The position numbers were made by a program, and so were the translations under genes. A stretch of DNA of 30,521 nucleotides from NCBI RefSeq assembly GCF_006345805.1, contig NW_021832448.1:1-30521 (forward strand). The letters are read 5' to 3'. Below are positions 1 through 10,616 of this stretch, piece after piece (within the stretch, counting starts at the first letter, position 1; each line of letters starts with the position of its first letter). Below the pieces are notes generated by a model. That model saw only the letters and a list, made by a program, of their open reading frames with translations, was not told the origin of the DNA and searched no databases. Origin of the DNA: Octopus sinensis (lineage: Eukaryota).

Positions 1-1258
1 TGTGGGTGATCAAGTTCTGAGTGAGGGAGTTTGCCAGTGATTAACTCATAAAGGACTATTCCATACGCATACATGTCCGAAGAGGGCGACGGTCCACTTT
101 TTTCTCGCTGACGGATGATTTCCGGAGCCTAGACATGTCTCAGATAAAACATGCCATCCAAAAAACTGACCCAACAAGTCTCGGTTTTTTTGAAGAATTT
201 GTCTCAACAATTGTCCGAACCGCAGACAGTCCAAAGTCCCCGATTTTGATGACTCCCACATCCATAAACACATCTTCATAATTATTATCGACAAAACTGT
301 TAGATTTGAGATCACAATGAATAATTGATTTAGAATGCAGATAAGCCATTCCTTCTGCGAGTTGACGAGCAATGTAAAGAATAGTAAAAGGTTCAAAAAT
401 AAGTTCTTCGACGTGAAGACTTTTATAAAGAGAAGACCCTTCACACCACTCAGTCACAATCGCCATGTAAGGATCTGTAATACATCCCATGAAGAGCAGA
501 ATATGCTCATGCCGCAGTCTTCTACAAAAACGTCTTAGTCACTCTTTTACTGTAAGACAGCGATCTCGTTTCGAAAAGAAGCCAAATGCTCGTTTGAAGG
601 ATTGGTTGCGTGGATTATCTTTACCGCTGCCTTCCCATAATAATCACATTTATAAACAGTCCCAAAAGCCCCCTTTCCAACACACTCTCCGAACTGTAGA
701 CTTTTCGAATCAATCTCCCAATCAATCTCTTTAATGTTGGACTAGAAGATATATTTTGGAAGAGACACTTTTTCTTCTTCTCTACTTTCCACATCTGCGT
801 CGGTTTGTACTGGAATTATGTTAAAAATTACATGATTCTGTTATGCAGAGAGCAAGCAGATTGTCAGCGTGAGTTTTAGCAGTCTCAGTCAATGAATAGT
901 TAAATTACCTCAAGCTGGGACTTTTTTTGGACAGGAAAGAAACTTTCAGAAGAAATAAAACTGGTCAATGAATCCACGTCAGAAAAACTCGAATGTTTAA
1001 TTGAAGTCTACAATTGAAAGCCAAATTACCTTATTCCGATGTAAAATACTTGTTTTTCTTAAATATTTTTTGTTTTTCTTCTTTTTTAAACTCTTAAAAA
1101 ATGGCGAAGACAACCTGAGAGTAAAAACAATCATGAAAACACTTTTTTATAAGTTTTTTCAATTTAATTTTGCAATCGCTAGACGATGGACGAGGATCTG
1201 TTTTTGAGCCATTTGAGTTATCTAATTTTGAAATTTTTTAAATCTGGTTCTTACACAT
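1..1258 (-). CDS. RAF: Raf-family Ser/Thr kinase, multi-exon, C-terminus runs off the window start
   Basis: Spliced translation gives [129 protein letters not shown], colinear with B-Raf. Kinase-domain introns at 522-550 (29 nt), 274-297 (24 nt), 129-154 (26 nt, GC-AG). Start at 1258 and the N-terminal exons are a less certain manual model. Confidence 0.9.
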
Positions 1259-1651
1259 TTTGAATTTTTTAATTTACGGACGCACAATATGAAATTATAT
1301 TCACCAATCTCGTTTTTCAGATAATTTAGTAACACAAGATATTGCGAATAAGGCGATTTGATGCGGTTTTATAGAAAACCGTCGTATTTTTTGATTATTT
1401 TTTTCGTTAAATTTTCATTAAAAATTTATTTATTTATTTATTAAATCATTAAAAATTAATTTTATTATTTAAAAAGTTATCACTAATGTAAATCACAATA
1501 TTTTTGAAAGTTTTGATTACTTTTGCGAAAAATAACTTTAATATTTTTAATAATCAAAAACTACAAAATTAATATCCAGTTCTCTGGGCTCGTGCACTAA
1601 AGAATACAAAAAACATAAATTTTTAAAAAATGAAAGAAACGTAAAATTTTT

Positions 1652-2017
1652 TTAAATAGCAGGCCCATTTGATCCAGGAATGAGCTATTTTATAATTAGA
1701 AGGTAAATACCATTGCTATGTTGTTTCCATTAAGTAGAATTTTATCAAATTTTGTGATTCTAGTCCCCTTGGACGAAACCTCGCTGCAGAATTAAACAAA
1801 AATGAGTACAATTTATTGACGTCCTCTAAAACCATGTCTACGAATGTAGTCACTCAAAAGCTAACTTAGATAGTTGTCAAAGCCGCAGAGAACACCGACA
1901 ATTTCTATATCATCTTTCATCAACAAATGCATTTTGGACCCAATACATTTGTCGATTAGTTCTTAGATATAAATTATAGTATTCAGAACCCAATGGTAGC
2001 AACGTTAAACTAGACAT
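1652..2017 (-). CDS. LSM5: U6 snRNA-associated Sm-like protein LSm5, 85 aa, 5 exons
   Basis: Removing GT-AG introns 1962-1989, 1838-1865, 1784-1809, 1685-1710 (28/28/26/26 nt) gives [85 protein letters not shown], matching LSm5 motifs LPLELxDKCIGS and ILLNGNNI. Confidence 0.95.
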
Positions 2018-2073
2018 CACTCAATATTTTTTAATTCAAAATTAATTAAGAATTAATTTTGGTTAAATTTAAA

Positions 2074-2579
2074 TTAATTATTTGGAGTATCTATTTTGGA
2101 AGATAAATACTTCTCAACAATTTCGTGTTTTCGTTTTTCTCTCAAAGCAAAGTACTTAGGGTATCGGGCCTTCTCTAAAGGATGCCACGTGTCCAATATC
2201 TAAGGTAGAACAGCCAAGGTCAGACCCAATCCTGTGGAGGAATCCCCCTTCTATAGGAAATGCCATCAGGGGCATGTGCATCTGTGAGTTAGTCATATCG
2301 GAGATACATTTAAAAGGCTGAGCGTGCATCTTTGACTCGAGTTCTGCTTCTCCTTTGAATAGGAGAATTCTGGCAACTCGGGGATCTGATATTTTAGAAT
2401 TTTCGTCAAATCTGGCTCTTAATAAACAACACTCATAGCGGTACTTAATCCTAAGTGATTAGTTTTCTTAAATATTACCTGTCCGTCAAGTAATAGGACT
2501 GGAGGTTCTTAATGGCTGCTCTGTACAGCCTTAATACACGAATTGCGTGGGATATTGGTTTGTAGTTTATGTACGACAT
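2074..2579 (-). CDS. NDUFB9: Complex I accessory subunit NDUFB9 (B22, LYR family), 4 exons
   Basis: Introns 2451-2478, 2282-2307, 2200-2225 (28/26/26 nt). Product has VLRLYRAAIKNL, KYRYECCLLRARFDE, MHAQPF and LDTWHPLEKARYPKYFALRE, colinear with NDUFB9. Confidence 0.93.
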
Positions 2580-2816
2580 GAACGCAGCAGTATAATTCAA
2601 AATTTGATTATTTTGTAATATTTAAATATAATTCGAAATATTAATTAAGTGGCATGAATTAAACCCTGCTAAAGGCGAAATGAAAAACTTATTATAGGTG
2701 ACTGTATTTTCCAATTTTAATTGTGTTTGTAAACGAATAGAAAATCGAACTAAACTAGATGCCTTGGCTTGTCTGCATTAAGACAAAGTTTAATAGAATA
2801 TTTTCATTGTGTAAAG

Positions 2817-2999
2817 CAGCGGTTCTCAACCGTGGTCCCCAGAAAATTTTTAGTGGTCCCCAGGAATTTTCGAAAAATAAAAATATATTAAAGTTAAAAC
2901 TAATTGTACAATTAAGTATAAATCAAAAACATTGAAATTAATTAAGCGGTTCTCAATCGTGGTCCCCAGAAAATTTTTAGTGGTCCCCAGGAATTTTCG

Positions 3000-3035
<36 letters not shown>

Positions 3036-3819
3036 ATACAATTAAGTATAAATCAAAAACATATAAATCAAATCAAAAAAAGGAATAACATCAATGTTCC
3101 CAATGCTTGAATATCATCTCGGACACAACCCACCGGATAATGTTCTTCTAAGTCTGATAATCAAACATCTGGAAAATCTCAAGACAAAATTTGATGATTA
3201 TTTTCCTGTTGAAGACTAATTCCAAACTGGATCGTTCAACCTTTCTTGACCTCATTTAAAGAATATCAGGAACTCAATTTTCAGCAGAGCTTGATTGAAC
3301 TTCAATGTAATCAGTCTGCTCAGATTATTTTCAAATGTACTTCATTATTAGATTTTTGGTATTCTCATTAATAATTACTTTTTATTGTTAGGTGTCAGAT
3401 GGCGAAAGAATTCCCCATTTTGAGTAAAACTGCATTGGAATCAATACTTGCATTCCCCACTACTTATCACTGTGAAATGGCGATGTCGTGTCTGACTTTT
3501 CTAAAAACAAAATATAGAAATAGACTACGGGTACAAGATGATATGCGAGTAGCTTTGTCGAACATAGAGCCTGATATAAGTAAAATTATTCTGAGCAAAC
3601 AAGATCAGAAATCTCACTAAATTAATATTAAATTTTCTGTTATTTTCATAATGTTCATGTTATTTTTATAATAAATATTCGAACATGTCTAAACCTGGCC
3701 CTGACGAGGCCAAAAATTGTGCGCTAATAGCAAAAAATGTTTATTTTATTTAAGGTGGTCCCCACAAAATTTTATAGTGCAAAAGTGGTCCCCAGTCTAA
3801 AAAAGGTTGAGAACCGCTG
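2817..3819 (+). mobile_element. Non-autonomous hAT (Buster/Charlie-type) element retaining the transposase C-terminus
   Basis: 15-bp TIRs CAGCGGTTCTCAACC (2817-2831 and 3805-3819); perfect 8-bp TSD GTGTAAAG (2809-2816, 3820-3827) with central TA; subterminal GTGGTCCCC repeats. Confidence 0.93.
3085..3620 (+). pseudogene. Buster-type hAT transposase C-terminal (dimerisation) fragment
   Basis: IIKHLENLKTKFDDYFP..WIVQPF..DFW/CQMAKEFPILSKTALESILAFPTTYHCEMAMSCLTFLKTKYRNRLRVQDDMRVALSNIEPDI, typical of the Buster/ZBED8-like C-terminus; one frameshift and a putative 33-nt intron at 3359-3391. Confidence 0.88.
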
Positions 3820-3869
3820 GTGTAAAGTCTAGTGGAGAAGACAAAGTTTAATAGAATACTTTCATTGTG

Positions 3870-3960
3870 CGCCCGCAAATCAAGATGGTTTTTCGAGCGG
3901 ATATCCCTCGCGATAGTACGCTCTAATTCTTTCTCGATCACGTCGGCTTCCCGTCCATGA
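3870..3960 (+). mobile_element. Severely 5'-truncated CRE-like non-LTR retrotransposon end
   Basis: Encodes ARKSRWFFERISLAIVRSNSFSI; nearly identical to the reverse complement of about 28259-28343. Confidence 0.8.
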
Positions 3961-4213
3961 AGTTTAGTTCCGGATTACTTTTTTATGGAAATTGTTACGT
4001 TAAAAAAAAGTCTAGTTCGTCCACAAATTTAAAAATTTTAATAAATAAATTATTTGCCCACACACGATCTTACTTTTTTAGGTCGTCCACACATTTACTT
4101 GGAAATTAAATTTATCATAGAATTCCGTTTGCTACTAGGCATCTATTTATTACACACAATCAATCAGAATGTTTTTAAATATATAACATAAAAATATCGT
4201 CATAACATTAATC

Positions 4214-6861
4214 CTACTCATCGTCTGCAATCGAATGGACAAGATTACGTAATTCCATAATCTTTTTTTGTTTCAAACTTAAATGCTCAATTTTTGATTT
4301 CTGTTCTTTAATAACACCCCCCATTCGTTCAATCTCTCTCTCATTCTCCATAAGTGAATCTGACATAGACTGCACTCCCATCTCCAACTCTTCCATCTTT
4401 TTTAAATGTACTTCGCACGCAGTTTTGTGTTCTAATTACTGCTATAAAGAGCTATTACTCTCATAAGCCTCACTGAGGGACAAGTATTCATCCTTCAAAA
4501 TATTGTGCTGCTCCACCAGATCATCGAACCCACTCTTTGTTCTATCGAATGACCAATAAAGAAAAACATGTGAGCATATTCCTCGAGTTCTTCATATTCC
4601 TTTTTCTGTTCGGCCAAATCTAGAACAATGACCTCGTAACTGACCAAATCAGACATTAACAACTACCTCTCCATTAATTTGTCATATTCAGAAGTCAGAG
4701 ACATAAAGTCGGTTTCAAAAGTTCTTAACCTAAATTGATATATTGTCAACGTGACCTTTCTGTTTCTTTAACTGTCGCCGCTAACTGACTGCTTTGGTCC
4801 TTGAATTCCGCTTCAATTCGTTCCAAATTCCTCACAAGATCACAGTTTTCATTTCTAGATCGATCAAAGTCTTTTTTAACGGAAAACAACTAAAAATGGA
4901 AAACAGATTATCGATATTCAATCACCTCAGCCTCCAAAAACTCGATTTCTGTTCTGCAACGGGATCCATACTCCCTCAAACGTACTATTTGCTCTTCACA
5001 CATATTCACCTGATTACTAAGATCCTTGATCTAGAGAGTCCGTCATTAATTACCCAACCTCCAAGTTATCAGAAACATTATTTTTAGGCACATCATGTTC
5101 TTTGGTCCCCCATTTACTCATTTGGAGTGATAGTCTTATTTCGTCAAGAAAAATATACATTTCATAATCCAAATTGAGCTGAGTGACAAATCTGAATGCA
5201 TCTGAAAATATTTCTGGATCGTGGAGACAAAATGTGATCACATAATACAAATTGGAGCACTTATTCGTATCATTGATGAACACAGAATACCTCGTGGATC
5301 AAGGAGACTAGTTGTGAGTTCTCTTCACTGAAAAAGAATCTCAATAGATTAAAAAATGCTCTCTCAGGACGTAAACTAATACCATTAATATGAATAATAC
5401 CTCAAAAAATGATTCAAAAAATACTCCTCAGATCCTATTTGGTTGCCAGTTATTGCTTTATTAAGAGCATAGATTATTTGATGATCCTAAGTAACATAGA
5501 TAACAATATACAATATGTATGTCACTTGCATTGAAAGCTTTGTTTTTAGATACAATATCTAGAGCCAGATTAAAGGCATCCAACCCAAAACGTCCAGTAA
5601 TATTTCGACCCAAAACAGAAAATATTAACGTTTTAACACTTCCCAAGTCTTTGAACCCCTACGATGGGCTTATAGATTCTTCACCTTAACATAGACTATC
5701 AAAAATGTCATCATTCCCGCCACAAAAACATCCTCCGCCAACGAATAGTTCACAAAAACTGAGTTAAAACACTCCTCGTTGGCAAGAAAATCACGGATGG
5801 ACTGCCCGTTAGTGCATTCCACATCACTCAGTAACAAAATATACAAAAAACGAATAATCTAACATTAAATGTGTACTAAACCATAAATTTGGAATAACTA
5901 TTGGCTCCCTCGAGTTTATGAACGAGGTCAGAAAGAACACGCTCATCCATAACAATTCTAAATATTACTGAGGAAACAAACATACTTCGACGGAATAATT
6001 TTAACTAACAGTCCAAGTCCAGTCACGCAAAGTCTGGCTCGTTCTGGGGAATCTGCAACTCCCAAGGCAAAGAGTTTAATGGAGCTGTCAATATTATGTC
6101 TAGTCATTATCTGCCAGGTCAAATGAGAGCAAAACTTTATCGGAAATATCGCTCACAGTGCACATCGATAGCAATACCACCAATGAGGGCAAAAGAATTC
6201 GTTCTTTGTTCATCCCTTCTAATAATTTTCTGACAAATCGTCGATTAGAGGCCTACAACTGACAAATCTTAAACAACTTGATTACTAAAGTACTGACTGG
6301 CCTGACTGTGTGACAACACCGACATTACCAGGAGGGAATTCTCACAATCTGAGGTCACAAATCTGACGGAAAAGTTGTGAACAAAATTTACTTGGTTATT
6401 AATGTATCTGTAATTTTTCTCCAATCTACAAGGGGAAGGGTCTGTATGTTGAAACCAACAAGAGATATAAGGTGTAAAATCTAATGAAAAGTTGTTGTTT
6501 TAATCCTTACTTGTGGGTATGTGTCGTTATTGGATATATTTTTCAATAAACTCGACAAAAAGTCGGCGTTTAGAGAAAAAAACTCCAAAAAATGAAAATC
6601 ATTGAACAAAATATTCGAAATTTTTATTGCTGATGTTAAAGCAGAAGAATAGTCAGAATTGTTGAATAAGGTTGCAATTGTTTTTGCAAGGAACAAGTCG
6701 TATGGTCTTAATAATGTCAAATCAGCATCACATGTGTGCTCTATCGTCTTCTAAAAGTTATTTCGCTTTTAGTTAACTTTAATTAACGTATCTAGTGATT
6801 TGATGTTAATCGATTTTTGTGATGAAATTATTTCGTTATATAGAACCACCACATCATCCAT
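4214..6861 (-). CDS. ARM-like helical N-terminus plus long C-terminal coiled coil; CIP2A (KIAA1524)-like
   Basis: Many GT-AG micro-introns join segments such as YPQILHLISLVGFNIQTL, SNRRFVRKLLEGM, LLPSLVVLLSMCTVSDISDKIMTRHNIDSSIKLF (colinear with recalled CIP2A FLQCIQLLQKLTYNVKIF / GEKLFHARNIHQTFQL) and heptad-rich exons ending KIMELRNLVHSIADDE*. The central exon model is not fully resolved. Confidence 0.55.
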
Positions 6862-6986
6862 ATAGAAAGAAAAACCGGTTATTTATTCTAATTAGTTAAA
6901 AAAGATTGAGTAATTTTGTTAAAAAATTATTTTATTTTTCCTAAATTTGCCGGTTACTTAATTCAATAAAATGTTAATATCTAAAT

Positions 6987-7906
6987 CAGCGGTTCTAACC
7001 GTGGTCCCTAGAAAATTTTCGGTGGTCCCCAGGAATTTTGAAAAAATAAAAATATATTAAAGTTAAAACTAATTGTGTAATTAAGTATAAATCAAAAACA
7101 TTGAAATTAACCCGATTTTATTAGCCTGGTTTATCATTCTAGAAATGGTTAACAAGAATCGTCGTCTTTGTTCAGATTTTTAACGTTCAATTTGGATTTA
7201 TTGAGTTCGTTGCCTCAAATGATGAAATAAAGGGAAAATGCATGATTTGCCATAGAATTTTGGGAAACAATTCACTGAAACCTTCTCAAATTAAGCTCCA
7301 CAAGGAGCCTGTACACCAAGAAAATTTTTGCTCACATGAATATTTTAAAATCAAAAGAACGAAATTTGATTCACAGTCAAAGCTTGAATGGCTTAATAAG
7401 TCCCAAAATAAACCGAGATTAGAAGCATCATATATTCTCTTTCTCTATCTTGATCTTTCTATAAAAAAAGTGTGGCCGTCCTGAGCGAGATGTCAACACG
7501 TCGTTTACATTTTGCTGCAGGGCTATTTACAATATAAATTTGTATCTAAACCAAATTTGTCTCAATGATTGTTGCAAAAAACAAAGCTGCACATAATTCT
7601 GGGGAAAGGTTAATTAAACCAGCGACTCTTGAAATTGCTCGAATTTTATTTGGTCCAGATGCAGTTGCCAAGGTTAAGGACATACCTTTATCCAACGATT
7701 CAATGTTCTGCAGAATGTCAGAATTTTCATGTGATATCCTGGAGCAATGAATTAAACGAATAATAGTCGAACATGTCTGAACCTGCTTTTGATGAGTCCA
7801 AAAATTGTGCGCTAGTATCAAAAAAAGTTATTTTATTTAAGGTAGTTCCCACAGAATTTTATAGTGCAAAAATGGTCCACAGTCTAAAAAAAGTTGAGAA
7901 CCGCTG
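6987..7906 (+). mobile_element. Second non-autonomous Buster-type hAT of the same family, retaining an N-terminal transposase fragment
   Basis: TIRs CAGCGGTTCT(C)AAC at both ends; perfect TSD ATCTAAAT (6979-6986, 7907-7914); both ends homologous to 2817-3819; internal CHRILGNNSLKPSQIK and IVAKNKAAHNSGERLIKPA..IPLSNDSM motifs. Confidence 0.92.
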
Positions 7907-8139
7907 ATCTAAATTACTGAAATAAATTGGATTTTTAAGTGAAATTAAAAATGCTTATTAAATTAATACTATTAAAAAATCCTTCATATCTAAATAATTT
8001 CTTTGATTATAAATCGTGGATATAAGAAATAAAAGATGTCGCTTTCTTTACGAATTTCGAATACGGCGATTTGGCATTGCTCCTCGATTCTGTTCCTGGA
8101 AACTTTTTTCTTGTTATATAATTGTTAGTCCATGAGTCC

Positions 8140-9400
8140 TACAAACAATCATCTCAAAAATACAGTCTTGAGTAAATGAGTCCATTTTACAACAACTTCA
8201 TTTTCTGTATTTAATCCCGGGAATGTGACCCCAACTGTAGACATATCCCCATTTCTAACAATTTTACATAACTTGGCATACCTTCCTTCTAGAATACAAC
8301 GCACAGGGAGTTCTGATGTTTTCACATTCAGTTCCAAATTAAACTCATATCCATTGTCAACTTCATCACAATCAGAGTCTAATCTACAATGGTGGTCGCA
8401 TGGACTCGGAGGATTTGAACTTTTTTTACTACGACTATGAATGTCGGATTTACATGCAAGGACATTCATCCTTTGGTGTGAGGAACTGGAAACTATCTTG
8501 AAGTTTATAAGAATATAAGAGGAGGTTCCCGTTCTCGTTGCCAACCCACACTGTCTCTTGTCCTACCCAAAGTCCAGTTATTCTGTAACTGCAATTAATT
8601 TCCATTCCACTCTTTGAATGTGAATATCAAATAAACATGTCCATGCCGACTTTTTGATGTGTCAATGCTATTCTGGATCTCCCCAGTCTCAGGATCACGA
8701 AGTTCAAGAATTGCTGAGCTGTTCTTGGCCACCCACAATCCGCGACTGTCTGTCGTCATCCTCGCGACGTAATCGAACGAATTGGATGATATTTTTATGT
8801 TTCCGATACGATTTAAAGTTCTATTTTCAAATAAGAACTTGAACTTTATAGCGATCACATGAATATAGTTTCCTGCCGCACAAAATAATCGAGTTTCGTA
8901 ATGGCACAGGCACGAAATGGGAGACTTTGATATAGAAATACTCATTGGATTCAACGGACACCGGTAACAGTCAGACAACTAAATCACATGTTAATTAATA
9001 CCTCAAAAAACACAATATTTTCATTAGCCAGTCCAGCATAAACAATTCGCAAACAGTTTTCGGAATTTTCGACGGCGTTCATGTTCATGACGGTCTCCGA
9101 GCATCTTAAATCCCAAATAATTATCCTTTTGGTTTTTAAAGTCATAATACAGCTTGCTGACGTCAATTGCGCTTATGATTCCACAAAGTGAACCAATGAG
9201 GACAAAAGACGATTCGACAACAATCATCGAGACTATAGAAGTGTCAATCTGAAATAAATTCCTTAGGAAAACCTCGATATTCAACTCTGAGAGAATGTCG
9301 TTGTGCAGATTCAACTCAAACATAATAGAATTATTTTTATCAGAAGAACATAGCCACATACATTCTAGGGATTACGTAATCACGGAATGAACGATCACTA
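8140..9400 (-). CDS. JIP3/ARHGEF10/17-type WD40-like beta-propeller exons, possibly the C-terminal part of the TBC gene
   Basis: Segments SIVSMIVVESSFVLIGSLCG, PISCLCHYETRLFCAAGNYIHVI, VARMTTDSRGLWVAKNSSAILEL and RITGLWVGQETVWVGNENGNLLLY follow this propeller's blade pattern. Boundaries approximate. Confidence 0.6.
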
Positions 9401-9559
9401 ATTAGGACACAGCTTTCCTTCAAAGTTGTAGAAGAATCGGAATCCTTGGGAATAAAAAACGACAAACTTTGTTTTCCAGAATAGTATTTATCATTTTATT
9501 TTGTTTTAAGACTTTTTTGTAAGGTTTTGAGTCGTACTGTTTTCATAGAGCTTAAAGCT

Positions 9560-9900
9560 TGTTTATCCGGAAAATTCTCAATTCTGGCCCGTAAGCAAAC
9601 TAAAATAAAGTAGAAATGTAACTTCCACAAGTTGGTCAGGATTTGTTGACAAAAAACACAAATTTAAGATGTTTTAAAACGGACACCGTGTCATGCATCT
9701 GTAATAACGAATTCTCGTTTGCTTTAAGAAGTGCCATGTGATACGGAAAAGAGCCTCTCTTCCGTCAATAAAAAAACAGTCCCAGACTCTCAACATGGTC
9801 TGAGTGTTAGCTTTCATAGTACCTCAAACGGAAGAATGTCGTAAAAGAGGGACATGAACCACGGAAAACCGACGAGTGACAAATCAATATTGTGATTATC
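9560..9900 (-). pseudogene. TBC (Rab-GAP) domain C-terminal half, TBC1D2-like, 5'-truncated and frameshifted
   Basis: DNHNIDLSLVGFPWFMSLFYDILPFE / 23-nt intron 9800-9822 / TMLRVWDCFFIDGREALFRI, then a 1-nt frameshift into MALLKANENSLLQMHDTVSVLKHLK. Confidence 0.75.
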
Positions 9901-10420
9901 AGGACTACCTCCAGAACCTATTGTTACTATATGGGGAAGCTGGCTTTGAGCAACCAAGTACTACGTGGAACATTTTCCCAGAGTGTTGGAAATATGCAAT
10001 TCGTTAAAAGGAGAATCCCTATTGATTCGGAGGGCAAAAGAATCAATAAACCATGAAGGACTTGTTAATGATTTAAAAAAATATGGAATCACTATTCTCC
10101 ACTTGCGGATGTTCTTCCTGAAATTGAGTCCACAAACTTTTCAATCGAGAAGGCTATTAATTTTTTGAAAATACTCGATCTGAAAGAAGATACCTGCAAA
10201 ATAAAAGAATATATTGATAAAAGAATGAATAAGAATGAAATTATGAAAATTGTTACGGAGAAGAAAATTTTTCTCCTATGGAAAAGTTGCGACTACTCCA
10301 ATGTCAGACAACTACATGTTCTGTGGAGCGTTCATTTTCAATTCTCCATAAAATTTAGGCAAAAGATCGGAATTTTAAACCGGAGAACCTTAAATTTTAT
10401 ATGATTCTTTATAACTCCTG
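9901..10420 (+). mobile_element. hAT-related (CGGBP1-like) transposase relic
   Basis: GLPPEPIVTIWGSWL*ATKYYVEHF and TTCSVERSFSILHKI*AKDRNFKPENLKFY, degenerate versions of the PPEPxxTRWGxW and VERSFS motifs; contains stops and frameshifts. Confidence 0.75.
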
Positions 10421-10547
10421 ATTTAAAAAAAATTCTTGGCTCTTTATAGGCAACTTTTTGGTCAACTTTCGTTTTTTGGCTCAATTTAGTTGACGATCCA
10501 AGAGAGTTTTCTTGGCTCCTGGAACGTCTGTCGATTGCTGTGATCCG

Positions 10548-10616
10548 AGGGAACGGCTTCGCCATTCGCGAGGCTGGTCGGGTGTCTCGTGAGGCCTTTA
10601 ATTAACATAGCTATCT
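10548..10616 (+). repeat. 69-bp GC-rich motif, copy 1 of an inverted pair
   Basis: 65/69 identical to the reverse complement of 15378-15446. Confidence 0.9.

Noticed and set aside
46-734. ORFs 46-444, 335-538 and 489-734
   Set aside because: Alternative-frame or antisense shadows of the Raf kinase exons.
3000-3033. A34 run as a retrotransposon poly(A) tail
   Set aside because: It replaces an A-rich segment of similar length in a duplicated hAT end, with homologous flanks on both sides and no TSD.
10548-10616. HDV-like ribozyme in the 69-bp motif (CCAGCCTCGC..AATGGCGAA resembles HDV text)
   Set aside because: The only 7-bp P1 candidate closes a 7-nt loop, leaving no space for P2/P3/L3, and copy 2 substitutions break it.
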